A DNA stretch of 64,000 nucleotides from the NCBI GenBank assembly GCA_002245135.1, contig NGBS01000293.1, forward strand, positions 372,001 to 436,000, in the 5' to 3' direction. This stretch comes from Proteromonas lacertae (Eukaryota). Made by a program: the position numbers and the translations under genes. The notes beneath the pieces are model-generated. The model was not told the origin of the DNA, did no database searches, and saw only the letters and a program-made list of their open reading frames with translations. Shown here in pieces: positions 24,820 to 38,228 of the stretch (within the stretch, counting starts at the first letter, position 1; each line of letters begins with the position of its first letter).

Positions 24820-25570
24820 GATGATGAGTATAGGAGATATATTTAAGAAAATGTGAAGGGTGAGTGAAATTGAAGGCCATGGTTATTTAGGTGGAGTAAA
24901 TTTTTATGAAAGTGATGATGAAGAGGATAAAATAATAAAAAGTCTAACACAAGCAGAATTAGATAATATTTGTTATGGTATGTATAGTGAAACAATGAAA
25001 ATAGTTGATAAAGCAATAATCGAAGCAAATTTAGAAGAATCAGATATTGATAGAGTTGTATTAGTAGGTGGATCAAGTCGAATAAAGAAAATCCAAGAAT
25101 TATTGGTAGAAAAATTTGATAATGGTAATACAAAAGTATGTAAGGATAATCAGATGAGTGTAGCAGAAACACTATATGCAAATAATGATGAGTTACAGTT
25201 TAAAGTTTGTGATGTAGTATCACATAGTATATTTACAGATGTAATGAGATATGGTAAAGTTGATTATGAAGAATTAATTCACAAAAACACACCTATTCCA
25301 CTTGAAAAACCACCTACTATAATATTTGCTACATATGAAGATTATCAACAGCATATTGATATAACTCTATATGAAGGTGATGATAAAAAAGAATTAACAT
25401 CAAAACCATTCCCTATTAATCCGAATAATCCACATAATAAAGCAGGTCAATATAGAATAAAATTTGAAGTAAATGTTGATGAAAATGGATTATTAAAGTT
25501 AGCAGCAAAAGATTTACAAACAGACAACACTCTTGATTTAGAATTTAATCTATCTTCAAGAACTTATTAA
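24820..25570 (+). pseudogene. Truncated, internally deleted HSP70-like fragment
   Basis: EIEGHGYLGGVNF (cf. GDTHLGGEDF), IDRVVLVGGSSRIKKIQ, LIHKNTPIP, FATYEDYQQHIDITLYEG and FEVNVDENGLLKLAAKD. No N-terminal ATPase lobe and no ATG start. Confidence 0.75.
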
Positions 25571-25770
25571 ATCTCATATAAATTCAATATTTATTCAGTG
25601 TTTGTTGTGTTAGAATTTAGTAATAGTTATTAAAATAGTATATAACGAATATTCGATTTTAAATAAACGAATGTTATGTATTGAGTTGTGGAGGAAATGA
25701 CAACTGTATTCTAATTCAAAATACTCACTTGATATTCAATAAAAACATCAAAATCACAAAATAGTATCAA

Positions 25771-28700
25771 ATGAAACGACTATCTATTGATGTATTTAAT
25801 TCTGCTTTGTCTGATGATATTGAGGTATTTTTATTAATTTATATTGAATAGATCAAAGATCGATTAGAAAAGAACAGTGTTGAAGTAGATTTAGTTATAA
25901 AAGATAAAAATGATATGGTGATGATGAAAGTGTTAGATATGAATGGAATTAAAGAAAATAAATTATTACATTTCCAAGAGAATCAGTTGTTGTTGTTTGA
26001 TAGTTGTTCCTCCTTCATATCTTCTTCTAAAACGTATTATTTGAATAATTACCATCGATACATGATAATATCACGAGAATATTATGACAAAGACTTAGAA
26101 GGGATAATTCAGAATCAATCCTTTTCAATTGATGAAATATATAGTCTAATATATCGAATATGTGATATATTGATGATATTGAGTGAATATGACATAATGA
26201 TTGGTAATTTGAAGAGTAGTAACATAATATATGAAAATAATGGCGAAATAAAATTATGTGATTTATGTATGAATGAGTTGAGAAAAATAGAAGATATGAT
26301 ATTATATGACATAAACTTCAAAAGCCCTGAAGAATTGGATGGATATGATTGTAATGATAAAAGTGTGATTTGGTCAATTGGTTGTATATTATATGAGATA
26401 ATTTGTAAGAAATTACCATTCAACGAAGATGATAATATCAACAAAACTCTGAATAATATTATAAGAGGTAGATTTTATAGTTGCATGAATGATGATGATG
26501 TGAAGGAAAAGATAATAAAAAGAATGTTGGAAGTGAAGAGTGAAGATAGATTGAGTTTAAAAGAGTTAAGAAAAGAAATGATAAAAATGAGTGAAATGTT
26601 GAAAGATTGTGATAATAATTTAATGATATGTGAAGAAAGAAAAGAGATATTCTTCAATAATGATTATTTATCAGAAATACTACCATTTAATATTGTAGTA
26701 GACTATCATCTCAATTATAATAAATATAAAGTAATTCGAAATAAATTAATAGAATCCTACAATAATAAGCCAAATGAAAGAGTATTATCGATAATATTTA
26801 TGATGAAATTATACAAAAGAGATAATTCAATAACATATAATATGAAATTTCAATTACATCATCACTGTAAAGAAAGAGAAGAAGAATGTCATTTAGATAG
26901 TATGATATTTAATATTCAAAGTGGTGATAAAAACATTACCAATGTTAATTCAGATTGTTTTTGTTTCTGTGAAGATGGTATTAAATATTTCTTCAGAATA
27001 TTGAAACTCATCAATCCAAAGAAACTTCAATTTGGTATCATTACAATTATTATTATCTGTATAGAGAGCAGTTATAATAGTATTATTGATATTCCAATTC
27101 AACATCAATCATTATTTGGATCAAGCTTCTCACAGTTATCCAATCTACAAAAATTAGATTTATTAAATTGCAATCTTACTTATCATTTTATTGAATCATT
27201 TGTAAAATCAATTCCATTCATGAGATTGAAATATGTAAATCTTCAATGTATTTATTATTCTATTTTCATTTTATTTTGAAATAGATAATCCAATTGGTGG
27301 AAAAGGATTCAAACTATTACTTCCATATATAGATTTATTAATTAACAAAGAGAATAAACCGAATCTATATGGAATAGAATCGAATAGTGTATTAGATCTT
27401 AATGGAATAGGATTGGATGATGAATCAATGAAATTATTATCAAAAGAATTACATAAATATCCAAATATTGATAGAATAAATATTAAACAAAATAGAAACA
27501 TTCATTCAAATGGATTAAAAGCATTATTCTCCAAATTTCCTATTTCAAAAATAGCGTTTGATTTTAATCGATGCAAAGATTTACTGATTGATAATGACAT
27601 TCCAGAATTTCTCATTGGAATTATTAAAAGAGTTGAATTCTCTGTATTTCAAGAAAGTGTTTTTGAATTAGATCTGAGTAATTTAGAAATTGATGATATT
27701 TTTTTCAAGTCATTCATTTCATTAAGGAAATATGAGTTAGATGGAATTTATAGTTTAGATTTAAGTAGTATAATTTGTTATTTTTATATTATTAGATAAT
27801 AAATTAACATCTAAAAGTATAAAACTACTGATTAAGCGTTTATCTTTATTCGAAGGTCTTAAAGAAATACATTTAAATGGAAATGAAATAGGAGATGAAG
27901 GAGTGAAAATATTATCTCCACATTTGCATTTATTATTACATATAAATCAATCTATGAATGAAGATATTGAATTTGAAATGAATTGTTCAAGTATAATTAT
28001 TATTATCATTATATCTATTTTATATTGAAATAGAAATGGGATTATCTTCCGTTGGATTGAAGTATTTATTAGATGGTTTAAAGAAAGTTAATGATATGAT
28101 GAAATTGGATATAAGTGATAATAAAATTGACTCAAAAGGAATAGAATATTTAATGAGTTACATGAAAGAGAATTATATTATTGAAAATTTATTTATTCAT
28201 AGTATATAAATATTATAGTTTTATGAATCTAATAGATAATCCTATAGGTAATGATGGATTAAAACTGTTATTAAAGAAATCAAATATGTTAGTTGATAGT
28301 TCTTTTGAAATGGATTTAAGTAATACTTCACTAGATGATAAAAGTGTAAAGTTATTATTAGATAAATTAGATTCAATTGGTGATTGCAGAATAAATCTAT
28401 CTGGAAATAACATTAGAATGAAAGGTTTAAAATCACTTTGTTCCAAATCATTAAAAGAAGAAGAATATCCATTTATAACAATGAAATGTTCTTTATGGAC
28501 GAAAAAAGAATTGAACTATTATTTGGATTATTGTATTAAAAAGGAAAGAGAAATTTTCAAAGAATATGACTTCTCAAGTATAGTTTTTATTCGTATATAT
28601 AATGAAATAGATATGAGTCTCAATGATTCTTACATTTCATTGATAGAACAGATTGATTATGAACAACTAGATTTATCCAATAACAAAATCAGTTCAAAAG

Positions 28701-29153
28701 GATTAAATGAATTAGCATATTATGTAGCAAAAGATGTAGAACATATATCGATATATAATAATCCAATTGGAGATGAAGGATTAGAGTTAATATGTAAATA
28801 TTTAGAAAAGTATTTGGATGATTATCACTCATTAAATCTTTCAAGTATAATATGAATATAATTATATCATATAATTTGAATTAGATATTGGAATGGGTGA
28901 AAAAGGATTAAAAATTCTAATAGAAAGGCTGAAAACTTATAAATCATTAAATAAGTTGGATATATCAGGAAATGAATTAGATGAAAAAGAATTGAGATTA
29001 ATGAAAGAAAACGACCATGTATTTGTTTATTTAAAAGAATTATCAATAACATTAAAAGAGAATATAGATAAAACAGAATTAAAATCATTCTTAGAAACAT
29101 TTTCATCAATAAAAATCATCATAATAGATGGAATAAAAGAAGAAGAAAAGTAA
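25771..29153 (+). CDS. Pseudokinase plus ribonuclease-inhibitor-like LRR protein, copy A (multi-exon)
   Basis: ATG at 25771. Kinase fold with IGNLKSSNI, IKLCDLC, FKSPEE and IWSIGCILYEI. Many LRRs (LDLSNNKISSKGLNEL, IYNNPIGDEGLELI). Confidence 0.82.
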
Positions 29154-29484
29154 GAATTTAAAAAAGAATTGTTCGATATAAAATAATTTGATTATATTAT
29201 ATTCATATCTGTATAACCATGTTTTGTCTTGTATATCTTGTCATATATAAATAGTAATATATCATTATAATCTACATCAATTTCGTAAAATTTGTTTCTT
29301 TTATTACATATCCGAAAACATAGCACCGAACATTATTTATTTTTCTTCTTTTTTGAATAGATAGATTATCTTATTAAGTGTGTATATATTATTCCAGACC
29401 TATATACATATTTTGATTAGAATTCTTCATATTTAAGAAGAACTAGCTGTAATACACATTAGTATAAAAACATCGAAGTAATAA

Positions 29485-32400
29485 ATGGAATATGCTGGTG
29501 AATATACTTTAAATAATTATTCTCCATATCAACCATTGTCACGACCACCAAATGAGTCATTGAATGTCTATACTCTCTTTCCTTCTCCTACGATTAATTC
29601 TAAATCAAATACAATTAGTATTGACAATAATAATGAAAGAAATTTAGATGAAATATATATAGAAGAAGAAGATGAGTATTGTGAAGAGTGTTTCAATCCT
29701 TTAATATCTAATTACTTGAACAATAGGCTATATATTCAAGTTAAACCTGAAATATATGATGAAGTATATTCTATATATATTGATTAAAATGAAATAGGAA
29801 AAAATGAAAGAGATTGTAAGTTCTATAATCGAATGTGAGTATTTAAAGAAAGAACAAGAATTTGAAGGGAAAATGATAGTATGGGAATTAAAAAGTGAAG
29901 ATAATGATGTCATAAATGAATTACTGAGTGAACAATCAATAAATATCGAAGAATTCGAATTGTATTTTTCTTCATCCCCCAAGTTTGTTAATTTCACGCT
30001 GTTTTTACTGAATATTCCACTGAATATAAATACTGTATAATAATAATATTTATCCTAAAGAAAATAAATATATATATTTAGATTGAAATAGTAAAAATAA
30101 TAACCAAAATAATCTCATCAAAATCAATCACTAAAGTGTATAGAAATTTAAAAGAATATTACGTATATATATATATATATATTGATATTGTTATTATAAC
30201 AAATATAGAAATGTTATATTCAATTTGAAAATAAAGATTATTGTTTAAAATGTATGGAATACGATGAATTTTCATTACTGAAAATCACAACCACTTTGAG
30301 TTATACTATATACAATGATTTTAAAGTAACTAATGGTGAAAATCAAATTCCTCCAGCAAGTAATAGTGTAAGTAATGAATTATATTCATCAAAATCTTCA
30401 AGTTCTACTGATAATCAAAATGTTGTAAATAATAATCGTAAAGAGGATGCTTCAGTTAATGTAAAGAGTATAAAACAAAAGGAAAAGTGGGTGAAAATAA
30501 GCAACTATACTTTTACTTGTTATAATGTATAAATAATTATTATTATCTTATGTTATTTTAATATTAGGGAATATACAGTTATTTTATTGCTTCAGTTGGT
30601 ATGATAAGTAGAATAATGTATGATGGAAATAATTTCTATATAAAATACAACAATGATGAAAGTTGTTCAAAATGTAAGAGAAGGTTTGATGGCAAATCAT
30701 TAAGAAATAAACCATTGCATATCGAAGTTATTGAGATTGAGGATGAGAATGAAATAAATGAATGGATAGAAATAACAAAGAAGATGAATAGTTTAGGCGA
30801 ATTAGATAAAAAACTTCAACAAATAAAACAATCCAAAATATCAACAGTAAAAAATCCAAATGTTTCAACTCCAACTCCATCTTCTACTCCTGCTGCTACT
30901 GTTTTTACCAAATCTAATATAAATATAGAAAGACCAATATCACAGCCAAAACCTGCTTCATCTCCTTCTGCTCCTTCATCTGTTGTTTCACAGTCAACTT
31001 CAAAGAATACAAAATGGTATATTATTACAAATTATAAAGAGAATAATGACACTGAAGTATGAATTTATTAATATCGCTATTGTTATTTATAGTATTTGAA
31101 AAGAGTATTAAACTTATATGGAAAAGTTATTGAAATGAAATATGATAATGTAAGTGATGCTTATTATGTATTGTACGAAACAAGAAAAACAATAAAATAT
31201 TTGAATGAAGATAGTTTTTTCTCCAAAAAATTGATTATCAATTTATATTATAATATGAGTATTATTAGCCACCCCAAATTGATTAACATATATTCTAATA
31301 ATTCATCATCATCATCATCAACATCAACATCAATAGTTTCATCTCCTCCAGTTAAAATAGAAAGAAATATTACCACTTCTACAGAAACGACAACACCTAA
31401 GGAAAAAGGATCAATTACTAAATATGGAGGCAATTGGTGTAAAGTTACTAATTTCCATTTTGGAAATAATCTAAATGTATTATACTTATGATTATATTTA
31501 TTAGGATATAAAATCATATTTCAGCCCAGCTGGTAGAATTATGGATATTGTAAATAAACCTGAATATATTCTAATAAAATTTGAATCAAATGAAAAAGCG
31601 AAACGATGTGTAACAAGATTTAATAAAGGTAATTATAAAGGTGAAAAAGTAACAGTTGAAATATATAATACTGATAATAAAGATGAGAAATCATTTTCAA
31701 AAACTGTCGAGAGAGAATGGTGTATTTTATATGATTTCAAAACAAAAGATGAATTTCATGTATAAATTATATTCTCTATCTTTAAAACAATAGGATATAA
31801 TGAGTAATTTTTGTGGATGTTATTGTGATATAAAAGTTACAAGAATTAAAAGAAATAATAATGTTTATTATTTGCAATATAATGATTATGATGAAGTTAC
31901 AACTGCAATAGAAATATTTAATAACAAAATGATATGTGGCAACATCATTAAACTACAGTATTATGATGGTGAAGAAGAACCGACTGGAATTGAAATAATT
32001 AATAATTCAGAATCATTTAAAAATATACCTATCAAACCTATTTATAGCAGTAGTATATGTCCATCAGATAGAGAATCAATTACTAAAATTTCAAGTAACT
32101 GGTGTAAAGTTACTAATTTCCATTGTGGAAATAATCTAAATGTATTATACTTATGATTATATTTATTAGGATATAAAATCATATTTCAGCCCAGCTGGTA
32201 GAATTATGGATATTGTAAATAAACCTGAATATATTCTAATAAAATTTGAATCAAATGAAAAAGCGAAACGATGTGTAACAAGATTTAATAAAGGTAATTA
32301 TAAAGGTGAAAAAGTAACAGTTGAAATATATAATACTGATAATAAAGATGAGAAATTATCATTATCAATAAAAAAGAATGAAGATTTAATGAGTAATAAT

Positions 32401-33162
32401 CCTCAATCTACTAAAGAAGATGTTTTAACAGGATGGTGTATTTTATATAATTTCAAAACAAAAGATGAATTTCATGTATAAATTATATTCTCTATCTTTA
32501 AAACAATAGGATATAATGAGTAATTTTTGTGGAAGAAATTGTAGACTTACAAAAATTAAAAAATATAATAATGTTTATTATTTGCAATATAACAACTACT
32601 ATGAAACATCTTTTGCAATAAAATGTTTTAATAACACAGTAAAATGTAAAAATGTAATAAAACTACAACATTATTATAGCAATTTAGAACCACCAGGAAT
32701 TGAAATAATTAATAATACAGAATCATTTAGAAAAGAACGTATAAACAGTATTAATACATTTATATCTCCATCAACACATTCTCCATCTTATATTAATCCT
32801 TTTGGAAAAGATGATCAATTCTTATCTGATATACATCAACCAATAAATAATTACTCAAAGTGGATTAAAGTGAGTAATTATTCATTTACTACATGCAGTG
32901 TATAAATGTTTTAATTGTTATATTATAATAGCAAATAAATGATTATTTCAGTGTAGCTGGAAAGATAATAATGATTTTATATTATGCTTATGATTTTTAT
33001 ATAAAATATGATGATGAAGAAAGTAGTAAAAAGTGTTTGAGATATTTTAATTGTAGAGAATATAATTACATTATTTTGAAGGTTGAAATTATTGAAAGAT
33101 TGGATGAAAGAGTTGTAAAAGAAGGAGTAAATGTATCTGCTATGTTAACTTATACAAAATAA
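29485..33162 (+). CDS. Multi-RRM protein (about 8 degenerate RRM modules, multi-exon)
   Basis: Repeated module WxKVTNF..|..IKSYF..AGRI..YILIKFES.EKAKRCV.RFN...KGEKVTVE. ORFs joined by short introns at an equivalent position in each module. Confidence 0.72.
31410..32730 (+). repeat. Internal tandem duplication (period about 665 nt) of a two-RRM block including introns
   Basis: 31435-31691 is nearly identical to 32100-32356, and 31717-31817 to 32433-32533. Confidence 0.9.
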
Positions 33163-33276
33163 TTGATAATTAATTATTGATTGGGAAAAATAACAAAAAA
33201 ACAAACAAAAACATTTAAAAAATCTAAACTAAATATACAAAAAAAAGTAACACTTTTCTTTTAATTAATTCATTTT

Positions 33277-34498
33277 TCACTCTTCTTCCATTCCAACCCA
33301 ACTTTCAAATGCAAACAGAAACTCTCTGAATGTAATATATTCACCAGCACGTGTATCTAATTCATGAAATCTCTCTTTTGTTAAGAATTCTGTAACTGGA
33401 TCAATTCCTTCTTTCTCATGTTTTTCTTTCTTCTCTTTTTTATCTTTCTTTACTCTCTTTGTGTCTTTTCTCATACTATGTTGGGTTTTTAATGCGTTCT
33501 TCTTATTCACAATTGCCTCTAAATCGTCTTTCTTTATTGACCCTGTTCCTTGCTTGTCAAATTGAATATAAGCATCAGTGATCATGTCAAAACATTTTTG
33601 TAGTTTTGTATGTTCGTCAAACAGGTTTGATCCTTTTTGCACTGGTCTTCCTACTTCTTCCAGTAATTCCTCATTTTCAGGTAAATCTAACAGAAATTAT
33701 ATAAATTGTATTTTTATATGTAAATATACTTGGTCTAATGCTATTGGATCTAAATCTTGATGGTGTAACTGCTTCTTTATCTCCTTCTAACTCTGATTCT
33801 AATACTCTGGCATTATAAGCTGCCATTTCCATTTTTATTGATTCACGAACTGCTGGTGTTGATTTCTGTTCTTTTGGAGAAGATGGTTCAATATTTGAAA
33901 CAACTCTTTTAATTGGAATTAACTATTTAATAAAAAATATATTATATATATCTTTGCATAAATACTTCTAATAAATAGATGAGTGCTAACGCAACTAGAA
34001 ATTCCTTGAAAGACAATTTGCCGGAATTTCTCACATCAGATTCATCAAAGATTTCTCTTAATACTTCATCTTTTATATCGTGCACACCTAATTCATTCAT
34101 CGCTGCTTTTAATTCGCTATATTCTATTGTTTGACTTCCATCCGTGTCAAAATCATCAAATGCTTTACGGATATTGATAAAGCATTGCTAATATAGTATT
34201 AGAAAATAATCATACATTTATTAATGGAAATTGCAATATGATCTTATTCATTGGACTACAAATATATTACACTTTAGAATATACACAGTAGTATGATCTG
34301 TTCTTCTTCTCATTATTGCCATATTAATTCTATTATTATTTTATTGTAATTATACCTCTGCATAATAGCTTGAGAAACTACTGTCTGTTTTCTTTTTTGT
34401 TTCATCCTCGCACTACTAACTTCAGCTCCTTCTGCATATTTATCTTCTTCATGCTTTATAACAGAATCATCTTTATTTCTAGAAACAAACGATCCCAT
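33277..34498 (-). CDS. N-myristoylated EF-hand calcium-binding protein (calmodulin-like)
   Basis: Starts MGSFVS. EF-hands FDDFDTDGSQTIEYSEL, SDVRNSGKLSFKEFL, FDKQGTGSIKKDDL and LDTRAGEYITFREFL. Multi-exon. Confidence 0.8.
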
Positions 34499-34717
34499 CT
34501 ATCATAAAATAAGAAAATTAAAAAATCGTTTTTCGTGGTGAATGAAAATCTATGGGGTTATTTTTTCGATTAAATTTTTATTTTTAATTTCATTGTTTTT
34601 TACTTATTTCGTTAGTGTGATGTTAATTTATTAAATTCATGTATTTATTTAGTTTATTAAACAAAAACTAAAAACATGGAAAAACATTTTATTAAATGAC
34701 AGAGGAAAAACAAATAG

Positions 34718-37700
34718 CTAAAGCAAAGTACATCCATCTTCTTCTGAAGTTTCTTTCTTCACTTCTTCTTTTAATCTATCTAATTTCACTATTTCAATTG
34801 ATGAGAATGTGTTAAAAAGAGATTGCAGTTCGGATTTGTCTATATTATCTTTAATTGTTATTGATACTCTATCTAAACTATCAAATACCTCTTTATTTCC
34901 CTTCATTAACCTCAATTCTCTTTCATTTAATTCATTTCCTGATAAATTTATTTCATCTAATTGTTTATATTCTTTTAATCTTTCTATTAACACTTTTAAA
35001 CCTTTTTCATTCATCCCTATATCTATTCAAATTAGAAATTATTAAAAATACTTGAAAGTATCAATGTATAATAATTATATATAAATTTATCTAAATATTT
35101 ACATATTATTTCAACTCCTTCATCTCCTATTTCATTGTTAAAAATAGAAATATATTCTATATCTTTAGGTAAATAATCCATCAATTCTTTAAATCCTTTG
35201 ATTGTTATATTATTATTAGATAGATCGATTGTTCTATAATCAAGCTGTTTAATAAATGAAATATGAGAGTCACTAAGATTCATACCTATTTCATTACAAA
35301 CTATAATTATATACTTGAGAAATCATATTTTCTATAATCTTTTCTTTTCTTTTTAATACAATAATCCAAATAATACTTTAATTCTTCATCTGACCAAGTT
35401 ATAGACTTCATTTCTATAAATGGATATAACATATTATATAATGATTCTGAACAAATGGATTTTAACCCTTTCATACTGATATTATTTCCATTTAGATTTA
35501 CTCTTTTACAATATATTATTGAATCTAGTCTGTGGGTTAATAACAATACACTTTCATCATCTACTGAGATATTACTTAAATTCATTTCATATGAAGCATC
35601 ATAATCTTTTATACACATATTTAAATTATTTAATGTCAATTTAAACCCTGTATTACCTATAGGATTATCTATTAAACAATATATATATATATATATAATC
35701 ATACGATAAATCAATATTTTTTCTATTACATCATTTTCTCTTATATAATCCATCAAGCATTTTATCCCATCAGAATATATATTATTATCACTTATATCAA
35801 ACTCATAGATCTTTTCGTTAATCATTTTCAAACCATCTACTAAATATTTCAATCCAATTGAAGATAATCCCATCTCTATTACATAGTAAATATGAACTGA
35901 AATACTTGAAAAGTTCATTTTATTATCATCTTTTAACAATTCTAAATGCGGAGATAATAGTTTCATTCCTTACATCTCCAATTTCATTTCCATTTACTTG
36001 AACTGCTTTAAGACTTAACAATGAAGATAAATTGTTAATCAGTATTTCTATACTTTTATGCGTTAGTTTATTATCTAAATAATAGAAAAATATCAAATTA
36101 TACTACTCAAATCTAACTTTTCCACATTATTAAACTCTTTTGATCTTATAGTAATAAATGACTTGAAAATATCATCATCAATTCCTAAACTATCAAGTTG
36201 TAATTTGATTTTTTCACACATTATATATTTAATTAATTCTGGTGTATCTTCATCTATCAGTAATTCTTTATTTTCATTAATTTCAAATTCTATTTTGGAA
36301 ATAGGAAATTTAGAGAATAATGCTTTAAACCCTTTTGAATGTATGTTTTTGTTTTCTGTAATATCAATTCTCTTAAGATTTGGATATTTACATAATTCTT
36401 CTGATAATAATCATCATTGATTCATCATTTAATTTCATTCCAGGAAGATTCAACTCATTATTTTTATTGATTAATAACTTAAGATATGGAAGCAATAATT
36501 TGAATCCTTTTGGACTAATTCCTGTATCTATTTCAGAAATAATATTAAAATAAAATTAATACAATCAAGATGTAAATACTCTAACTTCATGTATGGAATA
36601 GATTTAACAAATGATTCAACAAAATGATAAGAAAGATTACATCCTAATAATTCAATTTCTTGAAAGTCAGATAATTGAGCTAAATATGATCCAAATAATG
36701 ATTGATGCTGAATTAGGATATTAATATTACCTACATAAATCAATAAATAAAATAATAGATTAGAATTATACAAAAATCGAGTTTTGTTGGATTGATAAAT
36801 TTCAATATTCTGAAGAAATAATCCATTCCTTCTTCACATAAACAGAAACATCTTGAATCAATATAAACAATATCTTTATCTCTTCTATCAGTGTATATAG
36901 TAAATAACAATTTATCTAAATAGCACTTCTGATTGTGTTTACAATTGTGATACATATGATATTCTAATTTGCCAAATAATAATTCATTTTGTTTGTATAA
37001 TTTCATTATTAATATTATCGATATTATTCTTTCATTTGGTTTATTATTGTAGGATTCTATTAATCTATTTCGAATTTCTTTATATTTATTATAATTGAGA
37101 TAATAATCTGATTGATTAATAAATGGTAATATTTCTGTTAAAAAATTGTTATTAAATAGTATTTCTTGTTTTTCTTTACATATCATCAAATTATTATCAT
37201 TATCTTTCAACATCTCACTCATTTTTATCATTTCTTTTCTCAACTCTTTTAAACTCAATCTTTTTTCATTCTTCACTTTTAACATTCCATCTATCATTAC
37301 TTTCATCACTTCATCACATTCTGTATCAAAACTGTATTTACATCTCTGAATATTCTCTTTTGTTTTATTGATATTATCATCTTCATTGAATGGTAATTTC
37401 TTACAAATCATTTCATATAATATACAACCAATTGACCAAATCACACTTTTATCATCACATTCTAATCCATTCAACTCTTCTGAGCTTTTGAAACAAACAT
37501 CATATAATCTCATATCTTCTTCTTTTCTTAATTCATTCATACATAAATCACATAATTTTATTTCGCCATTATTTTCATATATTATGTTACTACTCTTCAA
37601 ATTACTCACTATTACATCATATTCACTCAATATCATTAAAATATCACATATTAAACATATCATATTGCATATATCATAGTTTGATAAGGATTTACTATGG

Positions 37701-38020
37701 ATTATCTCTTCTAAATCTCTATCATAAGAATCTCTTTCTATCACCATATATTCACCACAATTATTCAATCGAAATACTGTTGGAAGGTAAAAGGAAAGAA
37801 AAACAACATTGTAGTGACAATGAGTTATCTTCATTGAATTTCAATATTCTCTTTTCTTTCATTCCAACAATGGTGATTTTTTTTATCACTTTAATACAAT
37901 TTTTATCTTCAACTACGTAATCTACTTCATTAACACTTCTTTCAACTCGTTTTTTTATCTATTCGATAATATATATATTTATACTTTATATTTGCTCAAC
38001 ATATTACATATTTCATTCAT
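34718..38020 (-). CDS. Pseudokinase-LRR protein, copy B, ends in CaaX (CTLL); three +1 frameshifts (pseudogene or assembly error)
   Basis: ATG at 38020. VSNLKSSNI and IKLCDLC; colinear with copy A. Single extra bases near 37780, 36410 and 35972 break the frame relative to copy A. Confidence 0.75.
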
Positions 38021-38059
38021 TTTGATGATTTTAGAATTTCTATATTAAAATTCCTATTT

Positions 38060-38101
38060 AAAATTTTCATTACCCATTTTATGAAATGGTTATCCAAAAT
38101 T
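38060..38101. promoter_or_regulatory. Imperfect palindrome homologous to 24500-24542, about 40 nt upstream of the copy B ATG
   Basis: Reverse complement AATTTTGGATAACCATTTCATAAAATGGGTAATGAAAATTTT versus AATTTTGAATAACCAATTTATAAATTGGTTTATGAAAATTTT. Confidence 0.55.
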
Positions 38102-38228
38102 GTGGGATAATTTATTAGCACATTTCAAATTCTTCTTTATTATGTACATTTCAATTTAATAAACAAAACAAAAAAAATCAATAATACACATAAATTAACT
38201 TTTTCAAAAAAAATAATTATATAATAAA

